Position numbers and translations under genes: made by a program
Assembly: GCA_045803545.1 (NCBI GenBank)
Contig: JBJMOW010000004.1
Location: forward strand, 1 to 64,000
DNA from: Gemmatimonadaceae bacterium
GTDB lineage: Bacteria > Gemmatimonadota > Gemmatimonadetes > Gemmatimonadales > Gemmatimonadaceae
Direction: 5' to 3'
Length of the DNA stretch: 64,000 nucleotides
Shown: positions 44,046 to 54,430 of the stretch, in pieces
How the letters are laid out: each line of letters starts with the position of its first letter
How positions within the stretch are numbered: position 1 is the first letter of the stretch
Notes under the pieces: generated by a model
What the model was told of the DNA's origin: nothing
Databases searched by the model: none
What the model saw: only the letters and a program-made list of their open reading frames with translations

Positions 44046-44339
44046 TCAGGAAGCGCGATTGACGCGCGACCAGACCGACGACACCGGCATAGACCGCCGA
44101 AATAGTCCGCTCAGTTTCTCGTCGGTCAATGTGCCCATGATCTTGTCGACCGACACGCGCGACGTAACGCTGCGTGATTCAGGTCCATCCCAGATCTCCC
44201 AGGCGTAGCGGTCGAGCCGCGCGGTCTTGCCGCCGGGATGATGAAACACGATCATCGCGTTGCTCGCGCCCGGCACCTGCACTTCCACGCCCCAGTTCGT
44301 TCCGTCCGGTCCACGGAACGGCCTGATTTGTCTTGCCAT
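44046..44339 (-). CDS. Hypothetical protein
   Basis: Fills operon slot 7 nt after the DUF2203 gene. Confidence 0.7.
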   Translation of the reverse strand: MARQIRPFRGPDGTNWGVEVQVPGASNAMIVFHHPGGKTARLDRYAWEIWDGPESRSVTSRVSVDKIMGTLTDEKLSGLFRRSMPVSSVWSRVNRAS

Positions 44340-44346
44340 CGATCTT

Positions 44347-44760
44347 TTAGTTGGTGGTCAACGCCAGCGGATGCAGTCTCTGCCGCCCGACGAATCCTGC
44401 GTCAGTTTCGTGCCAGTACATCACGCCTGGCTCGCCGAGCTTCCAGCAATAAAAAACTTCGCGACCATCCATCTGCCCACGGAAATCGACGAGGCCGATG
44501 TTCATCCCTTTACAGATGACGCCCAGCTCGTTGAGCTCGGCGATGTAGCTCTCGATGTCTTTCGCCAGACGCTGCGCTTCTATCTGCAGCAGCTCCGCGA
44601 TCACGTCGGGACGCTCGGGACTCGAGCCCGCCGTCGCCACCTCGAACTCGCGCACTTTCTCTTCCCACAGATGATGGTCGCGCACGAGATCTTCAACGAT
44701 GCGACGCACGAGTGGAAGAGTGCGATTGGCTTCGTCGACCGTGAAGATTCTTTCCATCAT
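44347..44760 (-). CDS. DUF2203 family protein
   Basis: FTVDEANRTLP, GLVDF, CWKLGEP, WH....GF.GR. Confidence 0.9.
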   Translation of the reverse strand: MMERIFTVDEANRTLPLVRRIVEDLVRDHHLWEEKVREFEVATAGSSPERPDVIAELLQIEAQRLAKDIESYIAELNELGVICKGMNIGLVDFRGQMDGREVFYCWKLGEPGVMYWHETDAGFVGRQRLHPLALTTN

Positions 44761-44802
44761 GGTACTCTGCATGCGCGAGAATCGATGGTCAAGTCCGCGC
44801 CA

Positions 44803-45360
44803 TTACTTGCGCCACTTCTCTTCCTGGATTCGCTCGGCCAGTCTGCGCTCGCGGCGGAGCTTCGCGGCTTCGTAGCGCCTCATCTCATCAGGCGTCTCCG
44901 GACGGAGTCGCGGAACTTCAACCGGCTTGCCGTTGCCATCGACGGCGACGAAGGTGAGGTAGCACGAGTTGGTGTGCACGCGCACGCCCGTCAGCAGGTT
45001 TTCCGTCTCCACTCGCACTCCGATCTCCATCGAGGTACGCCCCACGTAATTGACGCTCGACTTCATGATTACGAGGTCGCCAACATGGATCGGCTCGCGA
45101 AAATCGACCCGATCCACTGAGACCGTGACGCACGCCATGCGCGCGTGACGAATCGCGGACACCGCGGCAGTCGTGTCCATCATCGACAGCACTACTCCGC
45201 CGAAGACATGGCCTAGTACATTCGCGTGCTGCGGCAGCATTAGCTGAGCTGCCTCGTGCTGCGTCTCACTGACAGCGCGCGCGCCTTCGTCGCCGCTTGT
45301 CGCGGCAGTGTCTGGGTGCGTTGTGTTTTTTCTGGCGACTGCGCGTGAAGACCGACTCAA
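44803..45360 (-). CDS. Acyl-CoA thioesterase (YciA hotdog family)
   Basis: HANVLGHVFGG, VTVSVD.VDF.EP, VGRTSME; TTGA-coupled start inferred. Confidence 0.9.
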   Translation of the reverse strand: MSRSSRAVARKNTTHPDTAATSGDEGARAVSETQHEAAQLMLPQHANVLGHVFGGVVLSMMDTTAAVSAIRHARMACVTVSVDRVDFREPIHVGDLVIMKSSVNYVGRTSMEIGVRVETENLLTGVRVHTNSCYLTFVAVDGNGKPVEVPRLRPETPDEMRRYEAAKLRRERRLAERIQEEKWRK

Positions 45361-46244
45361 ATCTGCCGTCCGCTGGGTTTGCGAGAATGCACAGGTAATT
45401 TGCGCGATACCTGCTGGATCCGCTCGCCGTAGGCCGTGGCGTCGTTGAACGCGTGCGCTAGCGCCCGACGAGTGCGCGGATCGATGCGCGGCTTGTCCAG
45501 CCAGAACACCTGCACGAAGCTCGACTCGACCAGACCTAGTTTCCATTCGCGGCCGCCACGGTCGCGCAGAATCAGCGAGTTGGCTTTGTGAACGGAGTCG
45601 TAGCGGGAGACGACGTCGTAGCCGTCGTGCTTCCAACGGCGATTTATCAACCCACCCTCACCAGCCGCTTCCTGAACGGTCGAATCGCGTAGCATGTGCT
45701 CGAACGCGACGGTTCGGCCGTCGCGAAGATCGATGACTGTGCGCGTGGTGTCATCCTGATCGTGATCGTCGTCGCGAGCTACCGACAGACGATGCTCGAG
45801 CGCGACGTACGGGCCGAGCACATTGAGGATGTCGGTCTCACCAACGGCGGTTACATCAACGTCGTCTTCCGGATCGTCATCGGGGCCCAGCACCGGCGCG
45901 GAGGGATGCTGTCTATGGTATTGCTCGGCGAGGTGTACGATCGCCGTGTCCTCGTAAATCAGAGTCGAATCACCGGTGGCGAGATCACGCCTGAAGACCC
46001 TCTCACCGCTCAACAGGGCCTTTGGGAAAGAGCGATCGACGTCAGTGACGAAGAGCTCGTAGTAGCGCCCACCCGTTCGCGCGAGAATGAGCGGCGACCC
46101 GCGGACCCTGAGCCCGGAGTTGTCACTGTGCACCCAATAAGTCTGATCGCCCGCCGAGACGAGAAATTCGGCAAGCGGCGGCGGTGGGGGCGGAAGCGCG
46201 CAGCCAATGCTTATCGCTGCGATTGCGAGCGTGGATATGCGCAT
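45357..46244 (-). CDS. Hypothetical lipoprotein
   Basis: SIGC lipobox, poly-Pro linker; TATATT 7 nt before ATG. Confidence 0.75.
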   Translation of the reverse strand: MRISTLAIAAISIGCALPPPPPPLAEFLVSAGDQTYWVHSDNSGLRVRGSPLILARTGGRYYELFVTDVDRSFPKALLSGERVFRRDLATGDSTLIYEDTAIVHLAEQYHRQHPSAPVLGPDDDPEDDVDVTAVGETDILNVLGPYVALEHRLSVARDDDHDQDDTTRTVIDLRDGRTVAFEHMLRDSTVQEAAGEGGLINRRWKHDGYDVVSRYDSVHKANSLILRDRGGREWKLGLVESSFVQVFWLDKPRIDPRTRRALAHAFNDATAYGERIQQVSRKLPVHSRKPSGRQI

Positions 46245-46258
46245 CAAAGGCAATATAT

Positions 46259-46418
46259 CGGGAGGCGGGAGGCGGGAAGCGGGAAGCGGGAAGCGGGAAG
46301 CGTCGATGTCTAGCTCACGACGTGCGGGAACCATTGTAGGCAACCGCAAAGTACTAATTCATTGGGAAGGGCGGCGCCGGCCCGATGCGTTAACGCTTCC
46401 CGCTTCCCGCTTTCCGCT
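46259..46418. repeat. Inverted pair of heptamer arrays between divergent genes
   Basis: (cgggagg)2(cgggaag)4 at 46259-46300 and (cgcttcc)n at 46394-46418. Confidence 0.85.
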
Positions 46419-46462
46419 CTATTAGATTGGACCGTCCTTCTCCGACTCCCAAACAACCGAAG

Positions 46463-47752
46463 ATGCGTTTCAGCAACATCACGCTCGCTGCAGCTGTGGC
46501 GGCGGCGACGTTCAGCCTCGCCTGCGCGCCGCACGAACCGGGGGCGCACAGCGCAACGCCTGAAGTTCAGGCAGCTCCCGTAAGCCAGCAGCCGGCGACG
46601 GTCGAGATCTCGACTTCGAGTTCAACCGCCGCACCGGCTCCGACCGAAGGGCAGGCGACTGCCCAAGCAGGCGCTGGATCACACCCGACGCCACCTGTGC
46701 TCGATTCGTTGATCAAGGGCACTCTGGCAGCACGCGGCCTCTACGTCTTCAGATTTGCCGCCAATCAGCGCCGACTCAAGCACCTCATCGGCATTGCTGA
46801 TTCGACGGAAGTCAACGCGCTCATCATCGACGTCAAGGATGAGTTCGGCTTGAACTACGAGCCGACCGACCCGATGGTGAAGAAGAACGCCGGCACCCAG
46901 GTGAAGGCGCGCAATCTTCAGGCGCTGGTCGATACGATTCGCGCCCACGGGATTCTGCCCGTCGCGCGCATCGTGGTGTTCAAGGACTCAGTGACCGCGC
47001 GCAATAACCCGGATCACACCATCCGCAAAGCGGATGGCACTGCCTGGCACGACAAGAAAGGACAGACGTGGGTGAATCCGTACGCCAACGCGATCTGGGA
47101 GTACAATTTCCGCGTTGCCGAAGACGCCATCAAAATGGGCTTTGGGGAGATCCAGTTCGATTACATCCGCTTCCCCGAGCCGTTCAAGAGTCTGCCGCAG
47201 CAGGTTTTCCCCGAGCAGAATGGGCGCACCAAGCCGCAGGTGCTCGCAGAATTCCTCACCACCGCGCGGGCGCGCTTCGCGAAGATGGGCGTCAGAACGA
47301 CGGCCGACATTTTCGGATTGGTGACGACGGTCGGTGGCGCGCTCGAGGTCGGCCAGCAGTGGGAGCATGTGTCTCCCAATGTCGACGTTGTGCTGCCGAT
47401 GGTCTATCCGTCGCACTACCCACCGGGCTCGTTCCAGCTTCCGCATCCCAACGCCGCGCCGTACGACGTGATTCACATCGCGATCTCACGCGCGCGCGAG
47501 CGTGACGAGAAGCTTGGCATCAAGGGCGAGCACATTCGCCCGTGGCTCCAGGCCTTCAGCCTCGGCAAGCCACCCTACAGCGCACACGAAATCGAGGAAC
47601 AGAAACGCGCAGTCTACGACTCCGGCTACGATGGCTGGGTGATGTGGGAGCCCGGCTCGCGCTACGATAAGTTCCTGCCGGCCCTCGAGAAAACTTTCGT
47701 GTCGCGGAAAAAGAATCCGCCGGTTCCCAGACCGCCGAATAGGCTCGACTAG
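46463..47752 (+). CDS. DUF4015 putative glycoside hydrolase lipoprotein
   Basis: SLAC lipobox; IIDVKDEFG, ARIVVFKD, GFGEIQFDYIRFP, PMVYPSHY, RPWLQAF. Confidence 0.9.
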   Translation: MRFSNITLAAAVAAATFSLACAPHEPGAHSATPEVQAAPVSQQPATVEISTSSSTAAPAPTEGQATAQAGAGSHPTPPVLDSLIKGTLAARGLYVFRFAANQRRLKHLIGIADSTEVNALIIDVKDEFGLNYEPTDPMVKKNAGTQVKARNLQALVDTIRAHGILPVARIVVFKDSVTARNNPDHTIRKADGTAWHDKKGQTWVNPYANAIWEYNFRVAEDAIKMGFGEIQFDYIRFPEPFKSLPQQVFPEQNGRTKPQVLAEFLTTARARFAKMGVRTTADIFGLVTTVGGALEVGQQWEHVSPNVDVVLPMVYPSHYPPGSFQLPHPNAAPYDVIHIAISRARERDEKLGIKGEHIRPWLQAFSLGKPPYSAHEIEEQKRAVYDSGYDGWVMWEPGSRYDKFLPALEKTFVSRKKNPPVPRPPNRLD

Positions 47753-47769
47753 CGATGATCGCGGACTGA

Positions 47770-47914
47770 ACTAAAGGTGGGCAGTTAGCAGAGAAGCTCA
47801 GGATTCAGACTGCAGCGTATGAATTTGGCATTTGGAGAGCCGTGCCGCGCAATGCCTCACCCATACGCTGCATTCTCCTATCTGAGCACTCTCTGCAACC
47901 TGCCTACCTTTAGT
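47770..47914. repeat. Long hairpin element, family A copy 2
   Basis: actaaaggtgggcagttagcagaga.gctcag / ctgagc.ctctctgcaacctgcctacctttagt. Confidence 0.88.
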
Positions 47915-47961
47915 AAAAAAAGTCCTCTAGCAGTCGGTTCTCGCCACCTATATTACCGGCC

Positions 47962-48195
47962 ATGACGACCACCGTCTCGATCAACGGCATGTCGTGCGTG
48001 CATTGCGTCCGCGCGGTATTCACGTCGCTCGCGGGAGTTGAGGGGATTACCCGCGCTGACGTCTCGATTGGACGCGCCGTCATCGAGCACGATGGCAGCG
48101 TCACGCCGGAGCAGATCGGGGATGCAGTCGCGATCGCCGGCTACCAGGTAACCGACTCTCACACCGACCGGCGGAGTCTCCCGATCGCGCCATGA
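47962..48195 (+). CDS. Heavy-metal-associated (CopZ-like) chaperone
   Basis: GMSCVHCV, AGY. Confidence 0.92.
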   Translation: MTTTVSINGMSCVHCVRAVFTSLAGVEGITRADVSIGRAVIEHDGSVTPEQIGDAVAIAGYQVTDSHTDRRSLPIAP

Positions 48196-49622
48196 AAACG
48201 CCGACGCATAACACACCAGTGGATACCGACGAAGAGCGTACACTCGGTGTGTTGATGGCGCCGGACATCCTCGATCTTCTCGAGGCAAATCCCGAGGCGA
48301 TTCCGGCCGAGACGGAGGAGCTGCACGCGAGGGACGTCGCGGACATCGCGCAGGCGCTCCCACGCGACCTGGTAGCGCCGTTCCTGTCGGCTTTGCCCGT
48401 CGAGCGCGCGGCGGACGTTCTCGAGTACATCGACGAAGAGCTGCGCGCGGAAATCCTCGAGACGATGAACGTCCGCCAGGCGGCGGAGCTCGTCACGGAA
48501 ATGACTCCGGACGATCGTGCCGACACCCTGGAGTCGCTCGAGCAGGAAAGCGCCGACGAAATCCTCCAGGAGATCCCCGCCGCCGAGCGCGCCGAGACCG
48601 AAAAGCTACTCGCCTACGAGCCGGATTCAGCTGGCGGATTGATGACGACCGAGTTCGTCTCCGTCTCCCAGGACACTCCGGTCGAGGAAGCGCTCGGTGC
48701 CGTGCGACGCATCGCGAGATCTCAGCGGGTCGAAGCGATGAACACCATCTACACCACCGACACGAGGGGCCGCCTGCAGGGTGTGCTGTCGTTGCGCGAG
48801 CTGCTCGCCGCACCGGAGGGTGCGAAGGTCGCCGACGTCGCCTGGCAGGAAGTGCAAACCGTTCCGGTCAGCGCTGATCGTGAGGAGGTCGCGCGCGTAA
48901 CTCAAGAGTACGACCTGGTCGCAGTGCCGGTCGTCGACGACAACGGGGTGATTCAGGGCGTCGTCACCGTCGATGACGTCATCGATGCACTGGTGGAAGA
49001 ACACACCGAGGATGTGCAACGATTTGGCGGCATGGAAGCACTGGACATGCCTTATACGCAGATCGGATTCTTTCAGATGATCGGCAAGCGCGCGCCGTGG
49101 CTTGCCGCGCTTTTTCTCAGCGAGATGCTGACGACGACTGCGATGGGTCACTTTCAGGGCGAGCTCGAGAAGGCAGTGGTGCTCGCCCTGTTCGTTCCGC
49201 TGATCATCAGCTCCGGCGGCAACTCCGGTTCGCAGGCGACGTCGCTGATAATCCGCTCGCTCGCGCTCGGTGAGATCAAGCTGCGGGACTGGTGGAAGAT
49301 CGTGCTGCGTGAGCTGCCATCCGGCCTGATGCTGGGCGCGATACTCGGCATCCTCGGCATCGCGCGGATTCTACTGTGGCAGCATCTCGGAATCGCCGAT
49401 TACCCCCATCCCAATCTTCTCGCACTCACCGTCGGTTTTGCCCTCGTCGGCGTCGTCACTTTCGGCTCGCTCGCGGGATCGATGCTGCCGTTCATTCTGC
49501 AGAAACTCGGGTTCGATCCCGCGAGCGCGTCTGCTCCGTTCGTAGCGACTCTCGTTGACGTCACTGGCTTGTCGATCTATTTCTATGTCGCTTTACTGAT
49601 TCTGCGCGGAACAATGCTCTAG
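48192..49622 (+). CDS. mgtE: Magnesium transporter MgtE
   Basis: SAGGLMTTE, CBS pair, GGNSGSQ, DPASASAPFVATLVDVTG. Confidence 0.96.
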   Translation: MKTPTHNTPVDTDEERTLGVLMAPDILDLLEANPEAIPAETEELHARDVADIAQALPRDLVAPFLSALPVERAADVLEYIDEELRAEILETMNVRQAAELVTEMTPDDRADTLESLEQESADEILQEIPAAERAETEKLLAYEPDSAGGLMTTEFVSVSQDTPVEEALGAVRRIARSQRVEAMNTIYTTDTRGRLQGVLSLRELLAAPEGAKVADVAWQEVQTVPVSADREEVARVTQEYDLVAVPVVDDNGVIQGVVTVDDVIDALVEEHTEDVQRFGGMEALDMPYTQIGFFQMIGKRAPWLAALFLSEMLTTTAMGHFQGELEKAVVLALFVPLIISSGGNSGSQATSLIIRSLALGEIKLRDWWKIVLRELPSGLMLGAILGILGIARILLWQHLGIADYPHPNLLALTVGFALVGVVTFGSLAGSMLPFILQKLGFDPASASAPFVATLVDVTGLSIYFYVALLILRGTML

Positions 49623-49633
49623 GAGGGCATCGC

Positions 49634-50041
49634 ATGACGACCACGATTCAGAAGTTGGCGACTGTTTTCGGTATCGTCTTCATCCTCGTAGCAATTGTTG
49701 GATTCATCACTCCGGGCGGCATGTACATGCAGCCGAGTGATCCCGCAATGGCGGCGAAAGCCCTTGGGATATTCCCCGTCAATCTGCTGCACAACATCGT
49801 GCATCTGCTGTTCGGAATCTGGGGCCTCGCCGCCGCGCGCAGCTGGGGCGGATCGAAATCGTTCTTCGTGTGGGGCGGTGTGATCTACGCGGTGCTGACC
49901 GTGCTCGCGTTCGTCTCGCCGAGCGGGTTTGGCCTTGTTCCGTTAGCCGGCGCCGACATCGGGCTTCACTGCCTTTTGGCGATCGTGATGCTGGGGATCG
50001 GGCTCACTACGAAGCCCGTCACGACGCCGACAGTAGCTTAA
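49634..50041 (+). CDS. DUF4383 membrane protein
   Basis: AGGAGG RBS; GIFPVNLLHNIVHLLFG. Confidence 0.85.
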   Translation: MTTTIQKLATVFGIVFILVAIVGFITPGGMYMQPSDPAMAAKALGIFPVNLLHNIVHLLFGIWGLAAARSWGGSKSFFVWGGVIYAVLTVLAFVSPSGFGLVPLAGADIGLHCLLAIVMLGIGLTTKPVTTPTVA

Positions 50042-50057
50042 GCGAACTAGAACCGAA

Positions 50058-50197
50058 CTAAAGGTAGGTAGTTAGCAGAGAGGCTCAGGTCGAAGTTTGC
50101 GGCGATGTTCTTGGCAGTCAGGCGCTTCTCAGCTCGAATGCCTAGAGCAACGCTGTGAACGGTTTTCTGAGCCTCTCTGCAACCCGTCTACCTTTAG
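50058..50197. repeat. Long hairpin element, family A copy 3
   Basis: ctaaaggtaggtagttagcagagaggctcag / ctgagcctctctgcaacccgtctacctttag. Confidence 0.88.
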
Positions 50198-50220
50198 CTC
50201 AGTCGACCAGGAGACGCCGG

Positions 50221-52182
50221 CTACTGAGTGGCCCCGACCTTCGCAGTCGTCGACCCCGAACCCGCCGGCGCCGGAGGGACTGGCGCGCCTCCACTCCCTC
50301 GCCGCTTCGCGCGCTCCATTTGCGTCACGCTCGACACGATTCCCTGCTCCAGCCACGCGTGCTCACCGCGCAGCACCTCCTGCGACAGACGGTAAAGCGC
50401 GGGATCATCGACACCGAACAGCTGGTCGAAGTGGATCCGGATGCGCTCGCGCGCTTCGATGCAGAACGCATCGGCCAACCCGACGGCCCCCGTCTGACCT
50501 TGCTTGGCGAGCATCTGGGCGCGCGAGCACGCCGCTGACATCGCGAACAGCTCGGCGCCGATATCGACCGCGCGGAACAGCACCATCTGCTTGCGCTCGA
50601 GTTTGGGGCCGAACCTCACCATTGCGTGAAAGATCGAACGACCGAGGTGCCGCGTGGTGCGCTCGATGTAGCGCACGTGACGCGCGAGCTTGCCGAATTC
50701 GCCGTATCTGTTGAATCGACCAGCGTTGAGCCAGCGCGACGGGTACCACGTCAGATAGAACGGCGTCGCCTTCGCCAGCGCCGAGAGTTTCTCTTTGAGC
50801 GTCGACTCGGGGTTGACGATGTTGAACGCCAGCTTGAAGTGGTAATCGACCGCTTCGCGCGCGATGAAAAGCCGCATGATCTCCGACGATCCCTCGAAGA
50901 TCAGGTTGATGCGGAAGTCGCGCATCGCCCGTTCGATCGGAATCGCAGGCTCGCCGCGACGCGCCAGTGATTCCGCCATCTCGTAGCCGCGGCCGCCGCG
51001 GATTTGCATCGTGTCGTCGATGATACGCCAGCCGGCCTCGGTATTGAACAGCTTGGCGATCGCCGCCTCGAGCCGGATGTCGTAGTTCCCTCTCTCGTAA
51101 AGCGCCGCTGACAATTCCGCGATCGCTTCCATCGCGAACGTGTAGGAGGCCATTCGCCCAAGCTTCTGCGCGACTGCTTCATGCTTTCCGATTGGCTGTC
51201 CCCACTGGACGCGCTCGTTGCACCACTTCCGCGCGATCCCGACCATCTGCTTACCGGCGCCGGCGCAGCCGGCGGGAATGGTGAGCCGTCCAGTGTTCAG
51301 CGTAATCAGGGCGAGCTTCAATCCCTTGCCCTCTTCCCAAAGGATGTTCTCGCGCGGGACTTTGACATTGTTGAAGCTGATGACGCCGTTCTCGATCGCC
51401 TTGAGTCCCATGAAGCGGAGACGATGAACAACTTCGACGCCCGGCGTCGACGCTTCGACGATGAACGCCGTGATCTGCTTCTTCGGCTTTCCGTTCACGA
51501 CTTTGTCGGGCGTTCTCGCCATCACCACGAACAGCTCGGCGCGGGTGCCATTGGTCGTCCACAGTTTCTGCCCGTTGATGACGAAGTGCTTGCCGTCTTC
51601 GGTTGGCGTCGCAGTGCACCGCATGTTGGCTGGATCAGAGCCCGCATCTACTTCGGTTAGAGCAAACGCGGAGATCGCGCCTTTCGCCATTCTTGGGAAA
51701 TACTTTCGCTTCTGCTCTTCCGTCCCGAATAGTTTCAACGGCTGCGGTACGCCGATCGACTGGTGCGCGGAGAGCAGCGCTGTAAGCGAGCCGTCCTTTG
51801 ACGTCACCATCTCGATCGCGCGGATGTAACTCATTTGCGAGAGGCCAAGCCCGCCGTATTCCTTCGGGATCTTGATGCCGAAGGCGCCCATATCGCGCAG
51901 CTCCTGCACCGTCGCTTCCGGGATTTCGCCAGTGCGATCGATTTCTTCAGAGTCGACACGCTCCATGAACGCGCGAAGCTTTTCCATGAACGGGCGAGCG
52001 CGCTCCTCCTCCGCCGTGTCGTTGGGCGGATGCGGATGGATCAGGTCGAGACGGAACCTGCCAAGAAAAAGCTCGCGGACGAAACTCGGATTTTCCCACT
52101 CCGTCTCGCGCGCGGATTCCGCGACATCGCGTGCTTCTTTTTCGGTCGCAGTATCGGTGGAAGGAACAGCTGTGTTGCTCAT
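50221..52182 (-). CDS. Acyl-CoA dehydrogenase (VLCAD/FadE10-like)
   Basis: AHQSIG, FALTE..AGSD, NGQKLW.TNG, GGRGYE, IFEGSSEI. Confidence 0.95.
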   Translation of the reverse strand: MSNTAVPSTDTATEKEARDVAESARETEWENPSFVRELFLGRFRLDLIHPHPPNDTAEEERARPFMEKLRAFMERVDSEEIDRTGEIPEATVQELRDMGAFGIKIPKEYGGLGLSQMSYIRAIEMVTSKDGSLTALLSAHQSIGVPQPLKLFGTEEQKRKYFPRMAKGAISAFALTEVDAGSDPANMRCTATPTEDGKHFVINGQKLWTTNGTRAELFVVMARTPDKVVNGKPKKQITAFIVEASTPGVEVVHRLRFMGLKAIENGVISFNNVKVPRENILWEEGKGLKLALITLNTGRLTIPAGCAGAGKQMVGIARKWCNERVQWGQPIGKHEAVAQKLGRMASYTFAMEAIAELSAALYERGNYDIRLEAAIAKLFNTEAGWRIIDDTMQIRGGRGYEMAESLARRGEPAIPIERAMRDFRINLIFEGSSEIMRLFIAREAVDYHFKLAFNIVNPESTLKEKLSALAKATPFYLTWYPSRWLNAGRFNRYGEFGKLARHVRYIERTTRHLGRSIFHAMVRFGPKLERKQMVLFRAVDIGAELFAMSAACSRAQMLAKQGQTGAVGLADAFCIEARERIRIHFDQLFGVDDPALYRLSQEVLRGEHAWLEQGIVSSVTQMERAKRRGSGGAPVPPAPAGSGSTTAKVGATQ

Positions 52183-52862
52183 GTGCGCCTGATAAAGATC
52201 ACTAATCCAATAATAGAGATCGCCGCAAACGAAAACCACTGGATCGCGTACATGCGGTGTGGCCCTTCGTCGAGGGGCATCGGTTCAACGCGCGGAGGAG
52301 CGCTCGCTGATGGAGACGAGTCGGTCAGCACGACGTAATAGTTTGCGATCGGATACGGCAGCAACTTCTGCAGCTGAGTACGATCCAGCCGACGCAGCGC
52401 GCGCGGGTGCGCGGGGTTGGCGGACGGAAATGGCCCTTTTGTGGGGAAAGTCTCAACGAAGCCATTACCTTCGACAGCGTCCTGCTCCCGCCAGGGGTTG
52501 AGATCGACGTTCACACCGTCCGGTGAGTACACCCACCCCCGATCTATCAGCACGACGGTGTCTTTTCCGTTGCGCAGCATTGGCGTCATGATGTTGACGC
52601 CCGGCGACCCCATACGCTCACGCAGTGTGAATACGATCTCGTTGGGGTGATCGTAGGATCCTTTGATGTGAACTCGGCGGAAGTGAGCCGCCGAGGTGTC
52701 GGCCGGTAGCCCGTCCAGCTCTACCACCGGTGCAAATCGTCGCGCCGCGACTGCCGCGTTGAGTTTCTGGCGAGCGGAGAGGCGGCGCAGCTGCCAGATG
52801 CCCATACCAATGGAAAAGATCGCGAAGGAGATCGCGAGAAAACTGAGTAAGGATTTTCGCAA
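52179..52862 (-). CDS. SURF1 family protein
   Basis: MGIWQLRR, VLIDRGWV, H..YAIQWF. Confidence 0.92.
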   Translation of the reverse strand: MRKSLLSFLAISFAIFSIGMGIWQLRRLSARQKLNAAVAARRFAPVVELDGLPADTSAAHFRRVHIKGSYDHPNEIVFTLRERMGSPGVNIMTPMLRNGKDTVVLIDRGWVYSPDGVNVDLNPWREQDAVEGNGFVETFPTKGPFPSANPAHPRALRRLDRTQLQKLLPYPIANYYVVLTDSSPSASAPPRVEPMPLDEGPHRMYAIQWFSFAAISIIGLVIFIRRT

Positions 52863-53561
52863 TTAAACGGGAGAAATTGGCCGTGACGTCGCGTTGTCCT
52901 GGCGTGATGGAGGAAGAATCAGCACGCGATGGTTGTCGATCAACCACGCCAGTGGAACGAACAGCCAGATTCCCATCGTCCTCCATGCGAGAACGTTCAC
53001 GCTCGGCGGCGGCGGACCGTTGCTGGCCACATACAGAATCGCCAATAGCGCGACGTAGATCCACCATCCCCAACGGCCGATTCGGTCGACCGGACGCGTT
53101 ATCCGGGTGTAAGCAGACACGCCCGCCAGAAAAATCGTGAACTCGACGATGTAGGTGGCTGTAGACACATGCCAAAGCCCCCAACCAAACTTCGGGCTCG
53201 CACCCGGCCACAGCGGGAGATCCTTTTGATGCACCGGCAGATCGAGAAACCAATGGCTGACCACGAGCGCGCCGAGGACGAGTGACCCGCGTCCATACTT
53301 TCTGACTGCGAAGTAAAGTGCGCCCACGAGGATTCCCCAGACGATCGCCATCAGCAGACTGTGCGACCACGGGTAGTATACGAACTGCAGCGGACTCATG
53401 ATCATCAGCCCCGGCACGATGCGCACTTGTTCCACGCCAAGCAGCAGGAGTACCGGCCACAGCTCGTCGAGAAACTCGCCCGCGAACACGAGTAGCCCGA
53501 GCGACGTGCGAGGCGCAGCCCTCTTTGCCGCGAACGCCAGCCCATAGTGCCCTAGGAACAT
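52863..53561 (-). CDS. Membrane-bound metal-dependent hydrolase-like protein
   Basis: MFLGH, WSHSL, SHWFLDLPVH. Confidence 0.85.
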   Translation of the reverse strand: MFLGHYGLAFAAKRAAPRTSLGLLVFAGEFLDELWPVLLLLGVEQVRIVPGLMIMSPLQFVYYPWSHSLLMAIVWGILVGALYFAVRKYGRGSLVLGALVVSHWFLDLPVHQKDLPLWPGASPKFGWGLWHVSTATYIVEFTIFLAGVSAYTRITRPVDRIGRWGWWIYVALLAILYVASNGPPPPSVNVLAWRTMGIWLFVPLAWLIDNHRVLILPPSRQDNATSRPISPV

Positions 53562-53588
53562 CGAACCCTCGCTCTCATCCCGCAGTAT

Positions 53589-54398
53589 TTAAAACAGCGA
53601 CATTTGCTCGCCGAGCAGGTCCGGATCGACCGGCGTTTGTCCGACCTTGTACTGCAGGTCTCTCACAGTCGCGGGTGCGTGGCCCGAAAAAGTATTCGCG
53701 ACGTAACCGTATATCTGGGTCACTTTCTCTCCGAGCTCGGCGATCGCATCGCTCCATAGCCCGATCTCGTAGGAGCGGTCGACCTGCACCCGCGTGTAGT
53801 CGACGAGATCGCGGTTCGGACCCATCCATCTGATGTACGCGAAGTCGGCTGTCGGCCTCGTCGCCAGACTCAACATCAGCTTCCGCGGAATCCAACGGCC
53901 ATCGACCAGGGCCAGGGCGATGTTGTGCTCACGCAGTAATGCCAGAACCCCTTCAGTGATCCAGCCTCGATGGCGGAACTCAAGGGCGATACGCAGGTCC
54001 TTCGGTGCATGGCCGATGAAATCGACGAGGGCGGGCAATTCTCCCGGCTGGAAGTCGGGGCCCGTTTGAACCAGAACAGGGCCAAGCTTCTCGCCAAGCT
54101 CGCGTACCCGATCGAAAAACGCATCAGACGCGCCCGTCAGATCACGGAGCCGGTGCTCGTGGGTGATCTCCTGCGGCAGCTTGAGCGAGAAGATGAATCC
54201 CTTCGGAGTACGCTCCGCCCAGCTCCTGATAGTCGCCTCGGCGGGAGAAGCGTAGAACGTCGAATCGACTTCGACGGAGTCAAACGCGCGCGCATAGACG
54301 GTCAGAAACTCCGATGGCCTCGTGCCAACCGGATAGAATGGGCCGACCCACGCGTCGTAGTTCCAGCCCTGAGTTCCGAGGTGAATCTCCGCGCTCAT
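53589..54398 (-). CDS. DUF72 family protein
   Basis: GTQGWNY..W...FYP, VEVDSTFY, KLP..ITH, EFRH. Confidence 0.93.
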   Translation of the reverse strand: MSAEIHLGTQGWNYDAWVGPFYPVGTRPSEFLTVYARAFDSVEVDSTFYASPAEATIRSWAERTPKGFIFSLKLPQEITHEHRLRDLTGASDAFFDRVRELGEKLGPVLVQTGPDFQPGELPALVDFIGHAPKDLRIALEFRHRGWITEGVLALLREHNIALALVDGRWIPRKLMLSLATRPTADFAYIRWMGPNRDLVDYTRVQVDRSYEIGLWSDAIAELGEKVTQIYGYVANTFSGHAPATVRDLQYKVGQTPVDPDLLGEQMSLF

Positions 54399-54430
54399 GC
54401 GGTTCAATCGGAAGCCGCAGCGTCAGATTG

